This document shows positions 52,976 through 61,900 of a DNA stretch of 64,000 bases, in pieces. Each line of letters starts with the position of its first letter. Position 1 is the first letter of the stretch. A program made the position numbers and the translations under genes. The notes under the pieces are model-generated. The model worked only from the letters and a program-made list of their open reading frames with translations, was not told where the DNA came from and searched no databases. This stretch comes from an uncultured Christensenella sp. GTDB lineage: Bacteria > Bacillota > Clostridia > Christensenellales > UBA3700. The DNA is taken from contig CAJTXS010000001.1 of assembly GCA_910583735.1 (NCBI GenBank), positions 80,402 through 144,401 on the forward strand. The letters are read 5' to 3'.

Positions 52976-55900
52976 ATGAGTAAGAGCAGACGTTATGCTT
53001 TAATAGCGGCGGTTACGGTAGCGGTGCTGGTTATATGCTCCGTAGCTGTTGTCTTACTGACGGACGGTAAAGGGTCGAACGGCGACGGAGGCGTAATCGC
53101 TTCGGGCGCTGCAACGACTGTTAAGACTACAGCCGGCAGCGTTGACAACGATTACTTAGTTAAAGAATTTCTTAAGCTGTACAGAAATCCTCAGGATAAG
53201 ATACTCTCAGACGGCTCTCCCTCCGTTTGGTATACTCAAAAGGCAAATTCTGCTACAAGTATCTATATAATCAATAAGACAGGATCTAAGACTCCCGTTC
53301 CAAATGTTCAGGCAGGACAGCAGGTGCCCTCGATAATCAGCGGTCATGAGTGGTGGGCATTCAAGTCTGGAAGTGTGACGTATGTCGTACCTATAACGCG
53401 CGCGTCGTCCACGTCGATATGTTTTACGCTCGATAATTTCCTTACTACGCCTAATGTATATACTTCCGCCAATACGTACGCGTTGATTGAGGAGGACGTA
53501 ACTTATTCTCCCAGAGTAATCAACAGCGTTCAATATAACGACACTACGGTGTCGCCTTATAACTTCAATGCGACTCTCGACGGCGCGGGACACAAGATAA
53601 CCGCATCCGAAGCATACGAGATGTCTTTGACCATTAACGGCGGAGATGCCGGCTCGAGACTTAATAAGCCTTATATTACTTGGGGTACTCAGGGCGGCGG
53701 CGGATATTCCGATTATCATCTTAATGCGCACAGTATGTTTATAGGCAATATAGGCAGGGGTACGCTTAAGAATTTCACGCTTGACGACGGCGGCTACAAC
53801 ATGCGCATAGTTCAGCACAATAATACTACCGCAGGCGGAGATACCACCGTAGTTAACACGGCATACGGCGCGCTTGTAGGAGTTGCGGGCGTATATAATA
53901 ATAAGGCTGCCGGCGGTACGGACGGCGATCCCAATGATCCTTACGATTATTCCAACAGCGCGCGCTCCAATATCAACAATGTTAATCTGCTCCTTAACGG
54001 CGACCATACTATGTTCACCCGGAATGATGGCATGAATATGGCATCGTTGATTATGGGCGGCGCTGTCGGTTACAACGCCAACTGCAATATCGATAATCTT
54101 ACCGTCACTATCAACGGTAGGATATCTCCTTATGCGTTGAGGCAAGGACGTCCCTCGTTTTCCTTGGGTTTCAAACCCGCTACTAAATACGACATACTCG
54201 GCGGAGTGTGCGGAATATCTGCTTACAGCGGCACATTTAAGAAGGTAATAGTCGCCGGCTCGGGCAATCTGTTCTGCGATTGGTACGTAACCGTAAAGGA
54301 TGCGAGCAGAGTTGCAAACGACTTCGGCGAAGCTGCCGGTATTGTATTCGGTCAGATCATGAAGCCTACTACGGCAGAAGGCGTAATTATAGATTTCCCT
54401 TATAAAAATATTTGGTTCCGCAATATAGGAGGCAGTTCTTCGATATGGGATATTATCGGACTGTTTGTGGGTAGAAAAGGCTCGGTTCTCAACTCTACCT
54501 CATACTCCTTGACATACAAAGATATTTATTTGACAAACAATGTTTTTGCGGGTATTAACGATGCTAATTTGCCGGCTAATAAATACGATGCGGTCGGTAA
54601 CGGAACGTCTTATACATGGGAGCCCGGTTATATGGGTAAGACATATCTTGACGACGGTACAGTTACCGATCACCATAGCGCGGCTACCAGCATAACGATG
54701 CCTATTAGATTCAATACGGATGAGCCGGATGGCACGCCCTTTACGGTATGTTCGGATGATATTACCTCGATCGGCTTCTCGCAAGATGCCAACTATATGA
54801 TAGAGATCGCAGCTAACGGCAACGGTATCGTATGGGACGCTACATGGAATAACAAGAATGGCACGGTATACAATACCGCGACATCCGGACATTCGGTATA
54901 CGACCCGGTATATGTGCAAAATACGGCTACCGGAGTTAAGCTCAAGGCTTACGGACAGTTTTCGGGTACCAACTCCAACGGTCGCAATCTCGTCCTTAAC
55001 GTATCCAAGGGCGATTCTGCCACGTATTCGTTCGACAGCGGCAGTATAACTAAAGAGTATAACGGCAAGGCTATCGATTATCCCGACCTTAGGGTCAAGA
55101 TGGCGAGCAACAACAGCTACAATCAAGACTTCCAACAGATATTTAACGGCAGAAGCGGCGTAATGATGCACCTTCCCGTCGACGATCAGACGGTAGGAGC
55201 TGTAGGTCCTAAGATATTGGATTCTTCAGGCAACAATGTATTCTCCGGAATATATAACGGAAAGACATATTCGTGGCAAGGCTCTATGGACGCCAACAGA
55301 AACAGTATCGGGCACGCATATTTTGCCAATATGTACTCGTCTGTGCAGAAGTATATCCCTTCTTCCGGTCTGTATACCAATGTAGACGACAGCGATAATG
55401 CTACGGCAGAGTCGAGCAGGAAAAAGGCTAAAGACGCTGGTAAATATAAGTTTAACGTAACTGCTGCCGGCGCATATATAGCGATGAGGATAGGCACAGG
55501 GTCTTCTACATATTACATGTTGCTGACTCCCGACGGAGATTCGTCATTCGAGTATGTGGTCTCGCCCAAGTCCCTCGGAATCAATCTCGAGACGCCTGAT
55601 ATCAACTACAACGGCAATAGCGTCAACTTCCAGTATGCCGGCGACAACCCTACCGCAAGGGCAAGATATTCGCTTACGGGAATATTGGCGGGAGACGATG
55701 TTAAAGCCGATCCTACCAAGATAGGTTATTACAATTCCAACGGCACGTCTATTACGCAAGCCGTCGATGCGGCTACATATAGATTGAGTGTAAAAGGTCT
55801 TGTAGGCACCGACGCAAGCAACTACACCATCGACGCTATACAGAACTTTACCGTTCATCCGCTCAATGTGCAGGTTTCGCCGGGTTCGATTGTAATTGAT

Positions 55901-58900
55901 TACGGCAATACCGTTGCTTCTCAAGCGGAATTTACGGGTTATACATATAGGATTACCGACCGCAACGGAAATGCTGCGGAGATAACTGCCTTGCCTTCAG
56001 GCGTTAATATGCTATTCGACGCAATGATAGAAGAGGGTAAATATCTGTTCGGAACAGGCAATACGCAGTACAGGGGCAGACTTAATGCCGGCTCATATCC
56101 TATATATCTGCGCGGTATTACGTTTAACGACGAGTCGCAGAGAAGTAACTATGTCATTCTCAATGACATGCTCGACCCTTCCGGTTCCGGCGCGTCGAGA
56201 GGTACGCTGTATGTAAATAAGGCTGCGCTTACGCTTTCGCAGGTAACTCTGCCTACGGGACTTGTATACGGCGACAGTTACGGTAATCCTACTTATAAGA
56301 TTACAGGTCTTGTATACGGCGATACGATAGACGCTGCAAGCGAGAAGTGGATATATGATATTGCATCTAACGGGATAGGTTATCTCTCCAGCCCTCGCGC
56401 CGCAGGCGATCATACGGTCAGCCTCGTAGACTTCAGCATAGGCGGAGTGTCCGTTTCTTCCGAGAACGGCAACTATGTCTATTCCGACTCCGCTGTGCGT
56501 ACCAATTTCAACATAGCGGCGAAGCATATCAATCTTAATGTCGATTTCGATACCGCTACCGTATACAGATATAAGGGCTCGGCATGGGAGTTCGCTACAG
56601 AGATAGCGGCTAATGATGTAGCTTATCCTACGGACGATCTCAAGACGCCTATAGTATTGCAATCGTATAAGGATATCAATCATACTCAAAGCGCAGATAT
56701 AGAGAATGTGGGCAAGTATTACCTTGCTGCATCTTTCAGCGGTAGCTACGAAGCCGTCAAGTCTGATGGAAGCCGCGTGCAGGTTTCTACCGACGGCTCA
56801 TACATTTTCGACGCATTGCTCGATACCAACGGGATAGAGTTCGACACCGTTGATATACACAAAGCTACTATTGCATTCGTTGGTTTAAGCGAAAAGCAGA
56901 CTGTAGTATATAATGACGAGATGCAGAAGTTCGCATTTACTCGCGACAATATTACAGCGCTCAACGACAGCGATGCGGAAACGCTGTACGCTATGATAAG
57001 AGTCGAGTATAACGGAGCTCATGAGGTTGACGGCGTCGAGACGGCAGGCACGTACAATGTTACGCTTTCGCTCGAAGAGACAGCCAACTATGAGTCTGTA
57101 TACAAAGAGGGGCTTTACTTCGAGATACAGAAAGAGGATATGACCGTTGTTATCAACGGCGGCAAGGACTTCGTCAAGGAATATAACGCCAATATTGTTC
57201 CAGCCGTAACGGTTACCGTAACAGGTAACAATTCGGGAGTCAATGTCAATACGCACGAGTTGCAAGCCAATCTCGTATCCACGGTATTCACCGATTTAAG
57301 CGGTGTAGAGGTTGCTTCCGCGCAAGCCGTAGGCAACTATATAATGAAAGTGAGCTATACGGGTACTGTCAACAGAAATCCCGCTACAGCAAGCATCAGA
57401 GTAACCGTCAATCCAAAAGTATTGACTTTCGCGCTGTATGATAGCGAGGGCGAGAATATAGCAGACAGCCGCAAGGAAGTGCGCACCTATAATAAGGCCG
57501 CGTACGAAGCGGATTACTCGCTGCTCGGAGTAGTCGCGGGTGAGAGCGTAGTACCTACCTTTGTATTCAAAGGAGAAGACGGCAGAGCGCTATCCTCCGC
57601 TCCTATCAATGCCAATACAAAGAAGTCTAACGGAGTATACAATTCTTATACGGTAGAGGTTACGTTGCCTTCGACATATTCCAACTATACTATGTCTAAG
57701 GTTACCTATTCGTTGACTATCGAAAGATATGTTCTGTCGGTAGACTCCCTCACGCGTACGTCTTATGCTTTGCGCAACGGCGGTATGTATACGCACGATG
57801 ATTATATCGGCTGGATAAGCGAGTCCATACGTATGTACGATGCGGACGGCACTGTCTTCACCACCGAGCAGCTCGATCAGATCATGCAGTCTCATACCAC
57901 AGCGGGCTCGTATGACGGATTTATGTTCGAGTTATACGGTTCGTCCGATCACAGCACAAGCATTACGGACATAATAAGCCAGTACGACGACTATCAAGGC
58001 AATCTGCACTTGCATATTCTCGTCAACGAGGCTGTACTTCAGCTTGCGATGTTTACGGACGGAAATTACGACGTTGCGTCGGATGCAACCGTTCATGTCA
58101 ACGCAATCGATATCACCATCCTGCAGATGGGTATTATGATTACCGTCGACGGAGAGGACGGCAATAAGGATATCACTCGCGTCTATGACGGAGGCGACTT
58201 CAAGATAGGCTTCAGACTCTTTACCTATAATGCCAATACTTCGTACGGAGCGAGCATCGATGCCGGTAACGGTGAGATTATTCATTCCAACACCGAGTAT
58301 AAAGGTATAGACACCGTCATATCCTTGCAGATAAGCGTCACAGGTAAAATCGGTAAGAATACGCCTTTCTCCGAGAGCATATTGCTTTCGCCCGGTACGA
58401 GCGACTTCGCTAATTTCTTTGCTCAAGACGGCGACGACATTGTCGGACTTGTCGGCAAGGCTAAACCTATCCATGCAGGCGTATACAACATCAATTATGT
58501 GCTAAACGTAAGTTCCATGCCTCAAGGCGGCAGCGTGCCTTCTACTTGGATTATGCAGACCACTACAAGACTGGTCATCAATCCCGTGCAGGTGACTCCC
58601 GACGGAGAACTTGCGGATATCACTATAGCATATCACCACGTTATAGATAATGCGCTGCTCGAGAGTTCCAACAGCAACGATGTTTCTTTTATCTCGCAGC
58701 ATAAGGGTCTTATGATGCAGTATTCCTCCGATGTCCTCGGCATCATGCCCAATGTCGGAGAGTATATCTATAATGCGACGCTGGCAATAGATCCCGATTA
58801 TGTCGGACCCGCGATATTGCTCAGCGACTACGATCTGCATGAGAATGAAGGCAAGATAATAGTAGAAAAGCTCAACGTCAATGTAAGCGTAGGCAACCTT

Positions 58901-61900
58901 GAGTTCGTGTACGGTACCGATTACAACAGGCTGGTAAGCGACTTACTTACGATAGAGTATACCAACGAGCCCGAATTCTGCGACGGAACAGATCATGGGG
59001 AGCTTATATCGAGATTCTTGTCCTTGATGTTCAACACAGACAAGGTCAATCCCAATGTCGGATTACATGAGGGAATGATAGAGCCTAAGTATAGCAATCC
59101 CGGCACCAACATCAACTTCGTCACGGTTAAGAAAGGCGACGTTACGGTCACGGCTAAGCCTTTGGTGATTACCTGGGGAGATAGGAGCGGCGTATACGGA
59201 ACAAGCGATATTGCGCTCGGCTCTTATACAATGGATACTACGCTCGTCATCGGAGACAGACTGTCATCCGCTTCCTCTGCAATAGTGTATAATGCGGGAG
59301 CCGAGATTACGGATATTTCATCACTGTCCGTCGGCGTATACAGTTACGGATATGCCAAAGTGGTCTTTGTAGATCAAGACGGCGAAGATGTGAGCGGGAA
59401 TTACAACATCACCAATCAGAATAAAGGTAAGTATACCGTAAGTCCCATTCAATTACGCGGTAGCTATGTCAAGTCGTTCGAGCCCTCATATACAGGTTCG
59501 GAAATAACGGATATATTTACCTTCAAAGTGTCTGACAGTATCACTATTCCCAACGGGGAAGAGCTCGTATGGCAGATTAAGTATTATGCGTCCAAAGATG
59601 ACGTGACGGCAGACGGCAACACCGTGACTGTTGCTGCGGTAGGCGATTACTGGGCGATGGCGCGTCTCGTGTCTGTAAACGGCGGAGCGGGCAATGTCAA
59701 CAATTATGCGCTCACGGATATAGGCTGGTCGCAGTTCAAAGTATCTAAGGCCAATCTTACTCTGTCGTCTATCGACGGATACGATTCATCGTTCAACGCT
59801 ACTGCTGTATATAGCGGCAGCGCGGACAATAAGCTGTTCGGCGCAGGTGCGTTACATCTCACATTCAACAACGGTAAACCGTACGATGCAGATGTGCACG
59901 GCGCGTTGACTGTTACAATCAGCGCGGTTTGGACCAAGGAGACAGGCACTAAACTTTCTCAAGTATTCGATGCCGGCGAATATGCAATTACCGTCGCCGT
60001 AACGGGCGCAGATAATTTTGCAGACGCTACGTTTACTAATATTACTCTTACGGTCAATCCTGCGCAGATAGCAAGAGACGACATATTCAACTATGTCTCG
60101 GTTACTACTCCTGCGGACGGATATGTATACAACGCTTTGCCTCAACATCCCGAAGTAGCTCTTAAGTCGGGCATTACAGGCAGTATATCCGTTAGATATT
60201 ATGAGGTAATCATCCTTTCGCTCGAGGAAAGAGACGATACTGTTAACGCAGGCGATTATACCATAAGGCTTACGTTCGACAGCCGTAATTACGTATACGA
60301 CGACTATGCGTATCTGAACAATGCTGTGGACACTTACTGGACGTATACTATTAACCGTTCGGATAAGATTGCAGTCAATATCTCTACGACTGAGCAATAT
60401 TACAACGGTAATTCGCAGCGTCCCGACGACATCCTTATCACCCTGCTTGCAGGTACCGATCAGGCTAAGACGATCAGATATCCCAGCTCGGAAGTCGACG
60501 CTACGCTCTATTTCTATGAGAAGAGCAGCGGCGGTAACGGAACCTCGACTATAATGTACAATAATAAGTACTATACGTATAAGGTCGCTAATCCTCCGAT
60601 AACGAGCGTTGTCGCTAAGCCCGGCGATTACTACGTCATGCTGCATATCAATCAGATCAATGACGGCAACTTCGTCAATAATATCGACGCATATTATGTC
60701 ATTAATTCGGGCGCAGATCTCGGCGTATACACCGTCAAGAAGGGCATAATGTCCGTATCCGCTACAAGAAATATCGAGAAGCAATACGACGGCGTCGTCG
60801 GTATTAACGGTAAAGACGTGATTTACGAAGAGGGCGGCAACTGGTATATCAATGACGAGATAATATCCATCGCAGGCGCTTACGATTACAAGTTCGGCAC
60901 CGTCACTATCGATGTAAGCTACTTTGTCGAAAACGACGGCGAAAAGGATATATACACAAGACTTTATCGCTGGACATGGTATTTGTCTCAGCGCTATGAC
61001 GGAGACGGCAATCCAGTCAACGGCATGCTCGAGCAAAATAAACCTGTAAAGCACTACTATTCCAGCGGTGAGTTGGGTATAGAGACGCAGACCGGACCGT
61101 ATAAGAATGTATTCGATTTCGCATTTGCGGGCAAGTATAAGATAGATATCGAAATTGACAACTCGCAAAGCGCTTATTACAGTCAGGCAAGAGAGATTGT
61201 CTTTGACGAGGACGGCAACAGCAGCGAGCAGAATGTCAACCATCATGCAAGCGGCGGCGCAACTATTACGCTCAATAACTCCGCATTCTCGATAGCAGAG
61301 GCGGACAGATTGACATATTACAACGATTACAGCGCGTCTAACGCTCCGCTCAAGGCTAATCCCAACCATTACTTCCACGGAATAGCCGGCGAGGACAGCG
61401 GCGATGTGATCAGAATAGACGGCAAGGACTATAAGCAATTCAAGGATGCGAACGGCGACGGCTATGAAGATATGTTGACTTCCGACCTTACGTTCGAGTA
61501 CTTCACGGATAGGGCTTGCACCATCGCTATAGCAAGAAACAATATCTATAATGCCGGTAAGTATTATATTCGCGTGACATATGCCGGCGACGAAATCAGA
61601 TACAATTCCTCGACATGGTTGATTGAGTACATAATCAGACCTGCCGAGTATTGGTTTGAACTGATAAGCGACAGCACAGAGGAGTACGAGACTGAGTTCG
61701 GTACGGCTTTCGACCTCAACAAGATGTCTATCGGACACGATATCTCGCCTGTGGAAGGAAGAGGTAAGAACACGCAGTTCGAGAACAATGTTCGCAATTT
61801 GATCAGCGTACGCAACGAGGGCAAGAGCACTTACAACGGCTATGCCACTCCCGTAGGCAAATATACTATATTCTACGGATGGACATGGTCGGTTGCCTCC